From Candidatus Altiarchaeota archaeon (GTDB lineage: Archaea; Altiarchaeota; Altiarchaeia; IMC4; SCGC-AAA252-I15), in NCBI GenBank assembly GCA_043813075.1, contig JBDRLL010000033.1:1-64000 (forward strand): a stretch of 64,000 nucleotides of DNA. Direction: 5' to 3'. A program made the translations under genes and the position numbers. This document shows, one piece after another, positions 54,323 to 64,000 of the stretch (positions are counted from its first letter, which is position 1; each line of letters begins with the position of its first letter). The notes under the pieces are model-generated. The model saw nothing but the letters and a program-made list of their open reading frames with translations, was not told the DNA's origin and made no database searches.

Positions 54323-57300
54323 CTAGAACAGGCCTGTGAAGAAGTCCACTATAGTGTCGATGATGCCCTTCTTCCGTGGTTTAGGCGCCTGCCTCTTTAT
54401 CGTCGTCGTCGGCTTCATTGTTGTCGTAGTCGGCTTGAGGGTTGTGACGACCTGCATAGTGGTCGGCGGCGACATCAACGTGGTGGTAGGCTTCACTGTC
54501 GTGGTCGTGGGCTTAAGGGTCGTTGTCGTCGGCTTAAGCGTGGTGGTGGGCTTCAAAGTCGTCGGAACCACAGCACCCTCGGCCATTATGAATCCTACTA
54601 CGGACTTGTAGCCGTTCTTAGTCACCTCCAGGTCGTATCTGCCGGGTGTTGTTGGCGTGAAGAAGACGTTGCCCATCGCATCGGTCCTGGCGAAGAACAC
54701 CTCAACCTCATCCCTCAACACCTTCACTGCAGCATCCCATATGTATGGTCCCGTACCCCTCTTGTTGTCCAGCCTAATCCTGATACGGAGGGGGTTCCCG
54801 GCCGGGCCGAACTCTGGAGCATCTATGTAGAGCCTCTTCTTGCTTATGGATCCGCCGCCTGTGGCAGGGGGGTTGAGCTGGCCCCCAGCCCACACTGAGA
54901 ACTCGCAGAACGGTATGCGCCACACACAGTATCCGCCTGCACTGCTGATTAGTGCGGCTTCAGAGGTACGGTCCACACAGTTCTCGCCGTTGTCGTCGCA
55001 GTGCCATAGGGAATCGCATCCCCCGCCCGACTCAGGTATCTTAAGCCTGCATTCCTCAGGGTGGAGGTTGTTGATGATCTTGTCCCTCGTCTGTTGTGGG
55101 AGGCCGACGAACCCTATGCCGCCGCTGGTCCCCTGCTTTATCGCTCCTGCGTCGCTTATGGTGCGCACCTTGTCGTTTAGCGATGTCTTGCTGAGGTGGC
55201 AGTTCAGGAACTGCATGAATGTGGTGTTGGTGTTCTTCTCCAGTTTTATGTCCGCAGACCTGCCGTCAGTGTAGTTCGTCCTCATCCCCGCGTCCGCACC
55301 GCACATCTGGCCTTGCATGTGCTCGTAGGTGCCGTCCCGGTCCAGGTCGTAGCTAACCACCCAAGAGCTGGGCGCCTTTATCCTGGTCACGAAATTGCAG
55401 TACGGGCATCTGTCCGCGCTGGTTGTCGTGAAGTTGCTGCACTTGCTTGTCGTGCACCTGCCGTTGGTGTCGCATATCTGCAGCTTGTAGAAGTAGGTGG
55501 TCGACGCCAGCAGGTCGTAGTCCAGGGAGTTGACTCCGCCGTCATTGTATATGTCCCCGATATGCCATACCTTGAACTCCTTGCTCAGGTTGCTGAGTAT
55601 GCCTATGTCATGGATGTACGTCACGTTGCCGGTGCACCCTGAAGTCGTGTTGTAGAACAACACTGAGCCGTTGGTCGGCTTGTTGGTGTCATACATTATC
55701 ATCGCCGCGTCTGGATACTCCTCTATCTTGGCTCCAACCAGCATGGGGGTGGAAGTGTCCTCGTATCCTGGAGCATGCACTCCAAGACCATTGTTCACGC
55801 AGAACGATGTTCCATAGCAGAACATGCTCTCGCAGCCCGCTGGAGTGAAGCAGTCCGCGAAATCGACGAAACCCTGCTTCATCATGTCGTTGAATTTCGA
55901 GGCGTCAGTGCCGTAGCTGAACATGTCTCCTATGTCAAAGTCCACTGAGCCTGGAGTGAACCATCCGGGCATGTCAACAATGTCTGACGGATTCGTGGCG
56001 CTGCCTGTGCAGTTGTCTGAAGCCACGAATATCCTGAAGTCCACTGACTCATTGTATAGTGTCGGATACTTCTTCAAACCCTTCTTGTCCACGGCAATCA
56101 TTGGACCGCCAATCTCAGAGCACATCGCCATCTTAAAGTTGGATAACGTGATGTCTGCCGCAGTCCACTGGCCGTCAACACACCTGAACGCGTTGTATGT
56201 TTCTGACACGCTGCCGCCGGTGTAGTTGGCTTGATAGCGGAGGAGGAACTCGTAGCCCATCATGCTGCTGTTGTGCATTAGGCTGCAGTTACCTGTCTTC
56301 ATTCCGTCCGTGTCCAGGTATACGAAGAGCTTCAATGGTTCTTCCCCGCTGCCTTGCTGACCCCATGCCTGAAGCATCTGGCCGTTGCAGACCGCGGACT
56401 GGCTGAAGTCGTTCATCATGGCGCCGAAGGCGAACGTGTCGCCCATGTCCTTGATGCCGAAGCCCACTATGTCCACTGAGTTGGGGGTTGCGTCGCCCAT
56501 TGCATCCATGCCCAGGGGAGTTGGCGGGCCGCCCTGCATCTTCTTGAAGTTGTCGACACCCATAGCAGGGTCGCAGAGCCCGTCCATCCACATGCATCCT
56601 TCAGCGCTCCCGCATGTGCCTGCCTCGTTTATCGTGAAGCACTGGGGCTCGCAGTGGTTGTTGGTCCACGTGCAGTAGGCACTGTATGTTCCAGTCGTAG
56701 TGCATTCACCCTGCGTCTGGTAGGAGTTGCATCTGTTGGCCTTCTCCATGCAGAAGTTGTTCTCCCACAGGCACCAGTCATTGTTATCGCATTCTGTCTC
56801 GTCGTTTATCTGCCCGCACTTGCGTGTCTCGCAGAAGCTCTGCGGGAACGGGAAGTAGGAGCAGCCTGAAGTGGCGTTGCACGCCGTCTGGTTGCCGTCG
56901 AACTGGAAGCACATCATGCCCATGCCGCCTCCGCCGAAGGAGCCTCCGCCGAATCCTATTGGATCGCAGAATCCGGTTGACCACATGCATGTGCCACTCG
57001 GAGCGTTGTCACAGTCGTTCTGGGTCTGGTACTGCATGCAGTCCGCCATACCCTCTGGATCGCACCATCCTCCGCCGAAGGGGTCCTGGAACCAGGCGCA
57101 TCCCTCGGTCTGCCCGCAGACTGTTGGATTGTTATCGTACTGAACGCAGTCCACGCCGCCTGAGAACGCCTCGAAATCGCAGTGTCCGCCCACATCCTGA
57201 CACCACTGGTCATTCTGTGCCTCAGGAGAGTTGCACCACTCGTCCTGAACCCACACGCAGTTCGAGTCGGCGTCGCACGCCTGCTCGCCCAGCGGGAAGC

Positions 57301-59485
57301 ATTCCTCGCCCATTTTCCAGTTCATCACGCATTCTCCGCCTCCCGGTGGCTGATGCCATTCGCAGCTCTCGTTTTGAATCCCGCAAGCCGTCTGGTTGCC
57401 GTCGAACTGGAAGCAGAATGCTCCAGCCATATCGCACCATCCGCCCCACGCGTCGGTCATCCAGAGGCATCCGTCAGCGTCGTTGCATGATGTCTCGTCG
57501 TTGTATGCGAAGCAGTTCCCTCCGCCGCCACCGCATGCAGAGTCGCCGAAGCACCCGCTGTCAGCGCAGTCTATAGAGTCATCGTCATCGTCGTCCACAC
57601 CGTTCCAGCATACTTCAGTGGCTCCTGAAGCGGGCTGGCACATTCCGGCGCCGTCACTCCATTTGCACGCTCCCGCAGTCCCACGACCCATGTTGTTGCA
57701 GTCCTCTCGTTCATAGCACCGGTCGCACGCGTCCGCGCAGGTCTTGTCTCCCTTCGGCACGCAGATGCTCAGTGAAGTATCCCACTTGCAGTTAGCCTTG
57801 CTGTTGTCGCACTCCTTCTGCGGGCTCGGCAGGTACTCGCATCCAGCACAGTCAGTCTGGCAGTCGCCGGCCAGACCCTTCTTGAGTGCGTCGGCGGGCT
57901 CGCAGTATCCGTAGCCGTTGGGTGCGTTAGATTCCTGGATGAACGTGCATCCTCTTGGGGAGTTCTGGCATGCCGTCTGGGCTGACGACAGGCTTGTGAC
58001 GTTGTTTCCGTTGCTGTCGTAGTATTCGCACGCGAAGCACGCCTTCTTGCAGTTCCGCTCCTCATCGAACTTGTTCTCGCATCTTCCGGCAGGCACTGCA
58101 ATCCATGACTCGCCGGACTGCTCGCAGTATGACTCCATAATCCACTTGCCGCCAGCGTATTCGCACGACTGCTTGTTGTCTATCTGCGAGACCTTGTCTG
58201 CGCCGGAGTCGCCGCTCTTGAACTGGCATTGGCTTGCCGCAGTATTCCATTCGCAGGGCATATACCATGGGCTGCCCGCTATCTGTTGGCAGAGTTGCTG
58301 GTTGTTGTAGGCGTTATAGTCTTCACAATACATCGCACCTTCGGGGGGCGGTTCTATGTCATCCCAGCATGAGGGGCTGTACGTGTCCTGGCATGCGCCG
58401 GCACTCCACTCGCAGCATGTGGGTAAGACAGGTATCTTGTTGCACATGTCGGAGTCGGTTATGTTAGCGCAGAATATCTCCTCAGAGCCCTGGCATTCAT
58501 TGTTCTGCCATGAGCATCCGTCGACGTTACCGCAGGCCGTCTCCGACACGTCGAAGATGTAGCAGCCTGGACTCCACTTGTCAAAGAAGGTTCCGCCACC
58601 TAGCGGCTCGACACATTCCCCCGCATTGAAATCCCAGAAACAGAACATTGTGTCGAAACATTCCCTGTCAGTGGTGAAGTCTGAGCAGGATTCAGTGAAG
58701 TTGCGGAAGCACCAGCCGCCGTTCCCATCCCACACGCATTCGATGCCGTACTGGTTGTTGACGCATCCATCCTCGGTCGCTGCGCCCTGGAGGGTTATGT
58801 TGTCGAAGAGCCAGCACTGCACTTCCTCGCAGTGCCCGCCGCCGGAGGGGGTGAACCAGAAGCAGTCCGCGTTCTCGCAGTTGTTCTCAGTATTGTATTG
58901 GCTGCAGTCCACCCAACCGCAGTATGGGGCGTCCCACTGGCATCCTGATCTGGCGTTGCATGCCGTCTGGTTTCCGTCCAGTTCATTGCAGGTTGACTCG
59001 TAGCAGTAGTTTGAATTATTGTTCCACATGCAGTTTCCAGCACCCATGCCTTTCTTGCCGAGGCATGATGAGGAGCTCGTGTATTGGTCGCATGGTATTC
59101 CATGGCATATTCCGTTGATGTCCCATACGCAGGTTATTCCAGCAGCATTGTTTTCGCAGGTGTTTGTGTTAGTGTTGTCGAAGTTCCAGCATCCTTTCTC
59201 CTCGCACCATCCCTGCACCTGCATGTCGGTCCTCCAGATGCATGACTTGTTTATGGTGTTGGTGGAGTTGGAGCAGGATTCATTAGCCCATAGGGCCCAG
59301 CAGCCCTTCTGCTCGCACCAGGAGCCCATCGGGTCGTTGCGGTAGTCGCATTCGGAGAAGCTGTTGCATAGAGTCTCGTTTTCATCGTACTGGGAACAGT
59401 CCTCCACCGCCGAAACAGACAGAACAACATAGAATATGAATCCCAGCGCCAGAATGGAAAATATTTTTCCTGCATTCATTTGCAC
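54323..59485 (-). CDS. Giant secreted cysteine-repeat surface glycoprotein (1720 aa)
   Basis: Signal peptide, tandem C-C-CxW-C modules, NGVDDDDD..DC.D..C motif, FN3/Ig-like segments, (K)PTTT linker and amphipathic C-terminus. Confidence 0.88.
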   Translation of the reverse strand: MQMNAGKIFSILALGFIFYVVLSVSAVEDCSQYDENETLCNSFSECDYRNDPMGSWCEQKGCWALWANESCSNSTNTINKSCIWRTDMQVQGWCEEKGCWNFDNTNTNTCENNAAGITCVWDINGICHGIPCDQYTSSSSCLGKKGMGAGNCMWNNNSNYCYESTCNELDGNQTACNARSGCQWDAPYCGWVDCSQYNTENNCENADCFWFTPSGGGHCEEVQCWLFDNITLQGAATEDGCVNNQYGIECVWDGNGGWCFRNFTESCSDFTTDRECFDTMFCFWDFNAGECVEPLGGGTFFDKWSPGCYIFDVSETACGNVDGCSWQNNECQGSEEIFCANITDSDMCNKIPVLPTCCEWSAGACQDTYSPSCWDDIEPPPEGAMYCEDYNAYNNQQLCQQIAGSPWYMPCEWNTAASQCQFKSGDSGADKVSQIDNKQSCEYAGGKWIMESYCEQSGESWIAVPAGRCENKFDEERNCKKACFACEYYDSNGNNVTSLSSAQTACQNSPRGCTFIQESNAPNGYGYCEPADALKKGLAGDCQTDCAGCEYLPSPQKECDNSKANCKWDTSLSICVPKGDKTCADACDRCYEREDCNNMGRGTAGACKWSDGAGMCQPASGATEVCWNGVDDDDDDSIDCADSGCFGDSACGGGGGNCFAYNDETSCNDADGCLWMTDAWGGWCDMAGAFCFQFDGNQTACGIQNESCEWHQPPGGGECVMNWKMGEECFPLGEQACDADSNCVWVQDEWCNSPEAQNDQWCQDVGGHCDFEAFSGGVDCVQYDNNPTVCGQTEGCAWFQDPFGGGWCDPEGMADCMQYQTQNDCDNAPSGTCMWSTGFCDPIGFGGGSFGGGGMGMMCFQFDGNQTACNATSGCSYFPFPQSFCETRKCGQINDETECDNNDWCLWENNFCMEKANRCNSYQTQGECTTTGTYSAYCTWTNNHCEPQCFTINEAGTCGSAEGCMWMDGLCDPAMGVDNFKKMQGGPPTPLGMDAMGDATPNSVDIVGFGIKDMGDTFAFGAMMNDFSQSAVCNGQMLQAWGQQGSGEEPLKLFVYLDTDGMKTGNCSLMHNSSMMGYEFLLRYQANYTGGSVSETYNAFRCVDGQWTAADITLSNFKMAMCSEIGGPMIAVDKKGLKKYPTLYNESVDFRIFVASDNCTGSATNPSDIVDMPGWFTPGSVDFDIGDMFSYGTDASKFNDMMKQGFVDFADCFTPAGCESMFCYGTSFCVNNGLGVHAPGYEDTSTPMLVGAKIEEYPDAAMIMYDTNKPTNGSVLFYNTTSGCTGNVTYIHDIGILSNLSKEFKVWHIGDIYNDGGVNSLDYDLLASTTYFYKLQICDTNGRCTTSKCSNFTTTSADRCPYCNFVTRIKAPSSWVVSYDLDRDGTYEHMQGQMCGADAGMRTNYTDGRSADIKLEKNTNTTFMQFLNCHLSKTSLNDKVRTISDAGAIKQGTSGGIGFVGLPQQTRDKIINNLHPEECRLKIPESGGGCDSLWHCDDNGENCVDRTSEAALISSAGGYCVWRIPFCEFSVWAGGQLNPPATGGGSISKKRLYIDAPEFGPAGNPLRIRIRLDNKRGTGPYIWDAAVKVLRDEVEVFFARTDAMGNVFFTPTTPGRYDLEVTKNGYKSVVGFIMAEGAVVPTTLKPTTTLKPTTTTLKPTTTTVKPTTTLMSPPTTMQVVTTLKPTTTTMKPTTTIKRQAPKPRKKGIIDTIVDFFTGLF
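54400..54570 (-). repeat. Coding low-complexity (L/V/M)KPTTT(T) repeats
   Basis: About seven imperfect Pro/Thr units with synonymous divergence. Boundaries approximate. Confidence 0.8.
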
Positions 59486-59545
59486 ACCAACAGAACTGCG
59501 TTAATGTAGAATTAGATTTCAATAGTATATATATTGTGCGCTATT

Positions 59546-60943
59546 TTATTTTTTTCGTTCGTAGACGCCTGGGAACCTGGTCCTACGGTAGTCTTTAGAC
59601 AGCCCGCACGCCCTCAAGTCTATCAGCGTGTCAGATATTATCCCAGGCTTCTTCTTTTTTATGAGACTGCACGTGTCATAGTCATCGTATCTCCCGCCCG
59701 TGACCATGTTGTACGTGTCAAGACCCTTCCCATGGTGCAGTGAATACCAGAAGTAGTGGAGGTCCCGCCTGTAGAGGTTGAAGTTTATGTCCCCGTCGTA
59801 CACGTAGTCTCCTGCAGACGTCTTGAAAGGCACGAGCTCCACCACCCCAAGCTGCTGCCGGTAGTCTGGGTAGAGAGTCTGCACGGTTGCCAGGGAATAG
59901 AGTAGGGGCACTGAGACCATCGCCAGAACCGCTATAAAACGGTAGGCTGGCCGGATTCTGGGGAATAGCCTCTCCGTCAGGAGTATGGACGCCAGTATGG
60001 AAATCAACGGTATCAGAGGGAGGAAGTACTGTCGGTGGGGTAGTTTAACTGTGAAAAGGGAGGCGGCAAGCAGGAGGGAGAGGAACGATATGGTCTTCAC
60101 CCCATTCCGGGGGGAGTTCTTGAGCAGGTAGGGTATTGCGAAGAGGCCTATGGCCCATAGGAAGACGTTTATCCATAGGCTGTATATCTGCTGGGTTATG
60201 GGGAATGATTGCATGAGGTACACGTTCACCAGCCAGTTGGTGACGTAGTAGTCTTGTAGAGAGCCGGACGCGTACAGTAGGAGTAGGAACAGGATGAATG
60301 GGGTGATGAAAAACAGGGAGTACAATCCGACATCACGCAGCGCCGGAACACGCCTCTCTCTCGAAAGGACGTGGTGCAATAGCACGGCGTATATGCCGGC
60401 AGCCAGGAACAACGCCTTCTGGGAGAATAGGACCGCTATTGAGAGATAAAGTGCGGACAACGCCAGCCGACGGCTGGAACCATCATGCGAGAGGAGGTAG
60501 TATAAGGAGGCCATTCCCAGGAGCGTCTGAATCCCTGCTGGACGTACCTCAACCACCTTGTCTATGAAAATCAGGCAGCTGGACATGAGGATGATGGACA
60601 GCATCCGCGTCTCCGTTGAATCGGAAAGCCTCCTGGAAACCAGGTAAGTTAAGTAGATTATGCCGTAGGCCACTGCGAGCATGAGCAGCCTGCATGCGAA
60701 CAGGGTTGTTGTCGTCTCCCCGAACAGGAGGATTACGGGGGCGAGGAGATACCATAGTAGGGGGTTATGATGCTGGAAGAAGTCCCTGTAGGGGATGTAA
60801 CCGTTAAGGACATACCATGCGGAATGCACGTGCTCGAACTCGTCGTGGTCAAACACCCTGAAGAAAGAGTTCAGTGAAACGACTATGACGCACACTAGCA
60901 GGATCCCGTAAAGCGAATTGAGGTATAGCTGATTCTCGTCCAA
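59546..60943 (-). CDS. GT-C (ArnT/PMT-like) integral membrane glycosyltransferase
   Basis: DE.EH...AW....G..PYRDFF.HH.P loop, EVRP, QK, QY.LP..P and many TM helices. TTG start. Confidence 0.78.
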   Translation of the reverse strand: MDENQLYLNSLYGILLVCVIVVSLNSFFRVFDHDEFEHVHSAWYVLNGYIPYRDFFQHHNPLLWYLLAPVILLFGETTTTLFACRLLMLAVAYGIIYLTYLVSRRLSDSTETRMLSIILMSSCLIFIDKVVEVRPAGIQTLLGMASLYYLLSHDGSSRRLALSALYLSIAVLFSQKALFLAAGIYAVLLHHVLSRERRVPALRDVGLYSLFFITPFILFLLLLYASGSLQDYYVTNWLVNVYLMQSFPITQQIYSLWINVFLWAIGLFAIPYLLKNSPRNGVKTISFLSLLLAASLFTVKLPHRQYFLPLIPLISILASILLTERLFPRIRPAYRFIAVLAMVSVPLLYSLATVQTLYPDYRQQLGVVELVPFKTSAGDYVYDGDINFNLYRRDLHYFWYSLHHGKGLDTYNMVTGGRYDDYDTCSLIKKKKPGIISDTLIDLRACGLSKDYRRTRFPGVYERKK

Positions 60944-60991
60944 CTGGAAGCACCATTAAAATAAGAAAACCTAGAGGCTTATATCCTGAAG

Positions 60992-62335
60992 TCAGACTAT
61001 CTTCCTGCACTCCAGGTAGTACTTCTTCTCGTCAGCGTGACCCATCGAAACGCTCTTCCTCGGGAAGGCGCCGTGAAGCAGGACCGACTTGAACAGGCTC
61101 TTCTTGGAGTAGCGGGGCATGTAGAATCCCACGTTACCCTCCCTCGATCCCATTGACCGGAGAACATCCTCGCCGTGGACGAACTCCATTGCGGAACCAC
61201 TCCTCGAGTCGGTGTATCCGACGAGAAACGCTTCAAGAGTCTCAGTCTCGAAATTGTGCTTAGGATTACCGACGGAGAATATGCCGTAGCCGTCGGAATG
61301 AACGAACGGTATGTTGTGGAGGCCGTCCTTCCCGAGTATCTCAAGGCGTTCGAACATCTCCTCCTCAGAGTCGAAACGCTCGACACTGAAGCCAGACCCC
61401 TGCCCCTCATAGAAGACGCGCATATCATCGACCATGTCGTTGAAGTCCACGTTGAAGGCAAGACGGTGTATTGCCTCGATGGAGAGTCCCTCATCGTGTA
61501 TGTTGATTAGTTCGACCATCGCATAGCGGGCAGGATGGTTCATGACAGCCTGCTGGTCTTCAGCCCCCTTTTTTATCCTGTCCCACCTCTTCCTGGCTGC
61601 GGCGAAGGAATGGTTCCCATCCCCCATGAGGTAGAGTATTATGTTCTCCGAGCCGCCGACGCCATACTTCCTCTTGAACTCGTCTGGGTCTGCCATGCGG
61701 CGGAGCTTTCCCACCACATCCATTATCAGATGCTCGTCTCCGACAGCGTATCCCCTTATGTGGCCCCCATTCATCATGAGTTTGAAGTCGAAAAGCTTCT
61801 CCAGCTTCTTCTTGAACAAAGGCTCGATAATCTCCTTCTTGTTGTCGTCGATGAGCACGAGTATGTGGGGCAATTCTATGGTGGCTTTCTCGCGTATCTT
61901 TATCCTAGTGTCGAGCTTGCTCAGGTAGACTCCCTCGGTGGTGCGTATTAGGGTCTTAGAATCCTTGTCATAGTCGTATTTCTCAAGGTCGAGCGCTACT
62001 ATCAGCCCCCTCCGCTTCTTTCCTGAGGGGAGCGTCCTCTCAACGAGAATGAAGCATTCACGCCCCTCGTCGAGTACACCTTCATCAACGTATTCCCGCA
62101 TGTTCCGGTTGATTGAATCAACAATCGCGCCATATTCGCCGGAATCCAGGTAGGCTTCCGGGAAAATCAAGTGAAGCGTGGATGGGGATCCGCCGACAAA
62201 ACCCTTGACCTTCTCCCAGTATTCCTTCTGCGTGTTGTACTGGTCGCATGCTATTACAGACCACTTGGTGAGGTCAACACTCTTGTTTGGAAGAAGTATC
62301 TTCGGAACACACAGGCCGATATCCTCGAACTCCAT
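60992..62335 (-). CDS. DUF1015 family protein
   Basis: WSVIACDQY, PSTL..I.PE, DLE.Y, IR.TE, ELPH, GDGNHS, HR, PRK..SMG..KKYY.E. Start moved to ATG at 62335. Confidence 0.88.
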   Translation of the reverse strand: MEFEDIGLCVPKILLPNKSVDLTKWSVIACDQYNTQKEYWEKVKGFVGGSPSTLHLIFPEAYLDSGEYGAIVDSINRNMREYVDEGVLDEGRECFILVERTLPSGKKRRGLIVALDLEKYDYDKDSKTLIRTTEGVYLSKLDTRIKIREKATIELPHILVLIDDNKKEIIEPLFKKKLEKLFDFKLMMNGGHIRGYAVGDEHLIMDVVGKLRRMADPDEFKRKYGVGGSENIILYLMGDGNHSFAAARKRWDRIKKGAEDQQAVMNHPARYAMVELINIHDEGLSIEAIHRLAFNVDFNDMVDDMRVFYEGQGSGFSVERFDSEEEMFERLEILGKDGLHNIPFVHSDGYGIFSVGNPKHNFETETLEAFLVGYTDSRSGSAMEFVHGEDVLRSMGSREGNVGFYMPRYSKKSLFKSVLLHGAFPRKSVSMGHADEKKYYLECRKIV

Positions 62336-62446
62336 TATTAGAACACCCCGCCCCCAGGGAACATACACAATATAACAAAGACACATTAATAAATCCTTCA
62401 TGGAAAAGGATTAAACACCTTGAAAAAACAGGGGGAGGAGGAGGAT

Positions 62447-62965
62447 ATGATGCGCTGGCGCGGGGTGAACCACATTATTCTCACGGCAATAGCGGCGTCA
62501 ATCCTCGCCACAGGATGCATTACAACCCAGACCACAGACAGGCTATCACAGGGCGATATTGCCGCCATGCATGAGGCCATCAACGACGAATACCGGCTGA
62601 AGGCATCCTACGACAGCATATTCAATGACTATGGCCGGCTGACTCCGTTCACGAACCTGCATAGTGCAGAGCAGGAGCACGTAGCAGATTTGGCTAATCT
62701 GTTCGAGAAATACCGGCTTAGGGTGCCCAAAGACAATTGGTCGAAAAGTGGGATACGCTATTCGAGCATAGAGGAGGCTTGCGTGGCGGGAGTCGAGGCT
62801 GAGAGGCAGAATGCGGCCATGTACGACAGACTAATCCCTAACGTGGAGGACCCTGATGTCAGACACGTGTTCGCAAAGCTCCGTGACGCGAGCAGGGAAT
62901 ACCATCTGCCGGAATTAGAGAGGTGCGTTAGGAGGGAGCGGATAAGACCCGCGGATTTAACATGA
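62447..62965 (+). CDS. Ferritin-like (DUF2202-type) lipoprotein
   Basis: GGAGG RBS, LATGC lipobox, DEY...Y, PF.N...AE..H, E..N..MY, AS...HL. Confidence 0.78.
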   Translation: MMRWRGVNHIILTAIAASILATGCITTQTTDRLSQGDIAAMHEAINDEYRLKASYDSIFNDYGRLTPFTNLHSAEQEHVADLANLFEKYRLRVPKDNWSKSGIRYSSIEEACVAGVEAERQNAAMYDRLIPNVEDPDVRHVFAKLRDASREYHLPELERCVRRERIRPADLT

Positions 62966-62984
62966 GACAAACTCATAGATTACG

Positions 62985-64000
62985 ATGTCTCCAGACAGTG
63001 TGAGCTATCATTTGATTGCGTTGTTCTTGCTGGCCATCCTATCGACTACGATAATAGTCGGCTGGACGTATTCTGGGGTCATCAATGTTGATGACAGGTT
63101 GGATGTGAAACCTGCAGTAGTTGAAGACAATAATAAAACCCTAAAACTAGCCGGTAAGGCGATAAGGGCGGCTGTGGATTCCGGCGACGCCGGCGAGTGC
63201 GATGCCCTAGATGGCAGATTGCTTGTGGAATGCGTGATTGAAGTCGCTAGGACTTCAAAGCCTGACGCGTGCGAGATGCTCAAAGACCATGCGGGAGACT
63301 ATGGGAAATGCATTACTGAAGTGTCGCTTGTGAAAAACTCTGGAAAATGCGATATGCTCGGCAAGAAGACGAAGGAATACGTTAACTGCATAACAGAGAA
63401 GGCGAGGTACGAGATGAGGCCGGGCCTGTGCAACATGCTGAAGAAGGGCGGGGTGAAGGGCAAGGATTACGCCTTCTGCATAACAGAACTGTCGAAGGAT
63501 ATGGGCGAGGGTGTGTGCAAGAGGCTGAGGGAAAACAGCAGGAGGTATGAGTCCTGCCTGAATGAAGTCTCAATAGAACAGGATGGGGAAGCGGGAGAAG
63601 GCTTATGCCCTGACTGCAACGTGCTGGTAATACTGATAGACGCCTTGAGGCCCGACCACATGGGCTGTTATGGGTATGATAAGGACACAAGCCCGAACAT
63701 TGACGCTCTATCGGAAAAATCATTCCTATTCAATAATGCTGTCAGCCAGGCAACGTGGACCAAGCCATCCGTAGCCTCGATCTTCACGTCACTGAATCCT
63801 GGAAGGCACTGCACATTAAAGTTCAGCAACACGATAAGAGACGGTCTTGACACCAACGCCCTCCCTAAGAAGCTGACGACCATTGCGGAGGCGTTCAGGA
63901 ACAACGGCTACAGGACTTACGGCATCACAAACAACCCGTTCATATCGCCTAAACTACAGTTCGGCCGAGGATTCAACACATATAAGCTTATAGGATGGAG
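62985..64000 (+). CDS. Membrane-anchored sulfatase-like hydrolase/transferase with Cys-paired helical repeats (3' partial, absent from ORF track)
   Basis: Own translation: N-terminal TM, C..L...C..E repeats, then NVLVILIDALRPDH.G.YGY...TSPNID, WTKPSVASIFT, GY.T.G...NP. Confidence 0.85.
   Translation, partial: MSPDSVSYHLIALFLLAILSTTIIVGWTYSGVINVDDRLDVKPAVVEDNNKTLKLAGKAIRAAVDSGDAGECDALDGRLLVECVIEVARTSKPDACEMLKDHAGDYGKCITEVSLVKNSGKCDMLGKKTKEYVNCITEKARYEMRPGLCNMLKKGGVKGKDYAFCITELSKDMGEGVCKRLRENSRRYESCLNEVSIEQDGEAGEGLCPDCNVLVILIDALRPDHMGCYGYDKDTSPNIDALSEKSFLFNNAVSQATWTKPSVASIFTSLNPGRHCTLKFSNTIRDGLDTNALPKKLTTIAEAFRNNGYRTYGITNNPFISPKLQFGRGFNTYKLIGW

Noticed and set aside
54400-54570. Short tandem repeats resembling an array
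   Set aside because: They are in-frame Pro/Thr linker codons with synonymous variation, with no spacers or cas genes. Not CRISPR.

Overview
Gene-dense (~50% GC) archaeal chromosomal segment, mostly housekeeping. Archaeal markers include tgtA with PUA domain, Hel308, rfcL, dph5, Elp3, aMBF1, NcsA/TtuA, phosphopantothenate synthetase, MptE, Ino1 plus archaetidylinositol-phosphate synthase, and an archaeal-type stand-alone 5S rRNA. The mix with class II HMG-CoA reductase, bacterial-type SerRS, a Methanococcales-type S-layer-family protein and Cys-rich secreted proteins is suggestive of Altiarchaeota/DPANN; this is inference, not a classification. I found no CRISPR array, transposase, integrase, reverse transcriptase or tRNA. 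The best leads are: (1) a membrane-tethered winged-helix regulator followed by a triplicated GTAC-core motif and a Cys-containing S-layer/hamus-like gene; (2) a SAMHD1-like HD protein with a C-terminal PCNA-interacting (PIP-like) motif, divergent from an orphan rfcL lacking its own PIP tail; (3) an uncalled 44-aa ORF with a type IV prepilin cleavage motif; (4) an 1838-aa orphan protein; (5) a 1720-aa disulfide-repeat surface protein; (6) a possible surface sulfation toolkit (three tandem arylsulfotransferase-like paralogs plus a Thr-type sulfatase-like protein); (7) a KaiC-like ATPase with a membrane partner; and (8) an H1-like Lys-rich/Cys-cluster protein. All family assignments come from motif recognition by eye; no searches were run.
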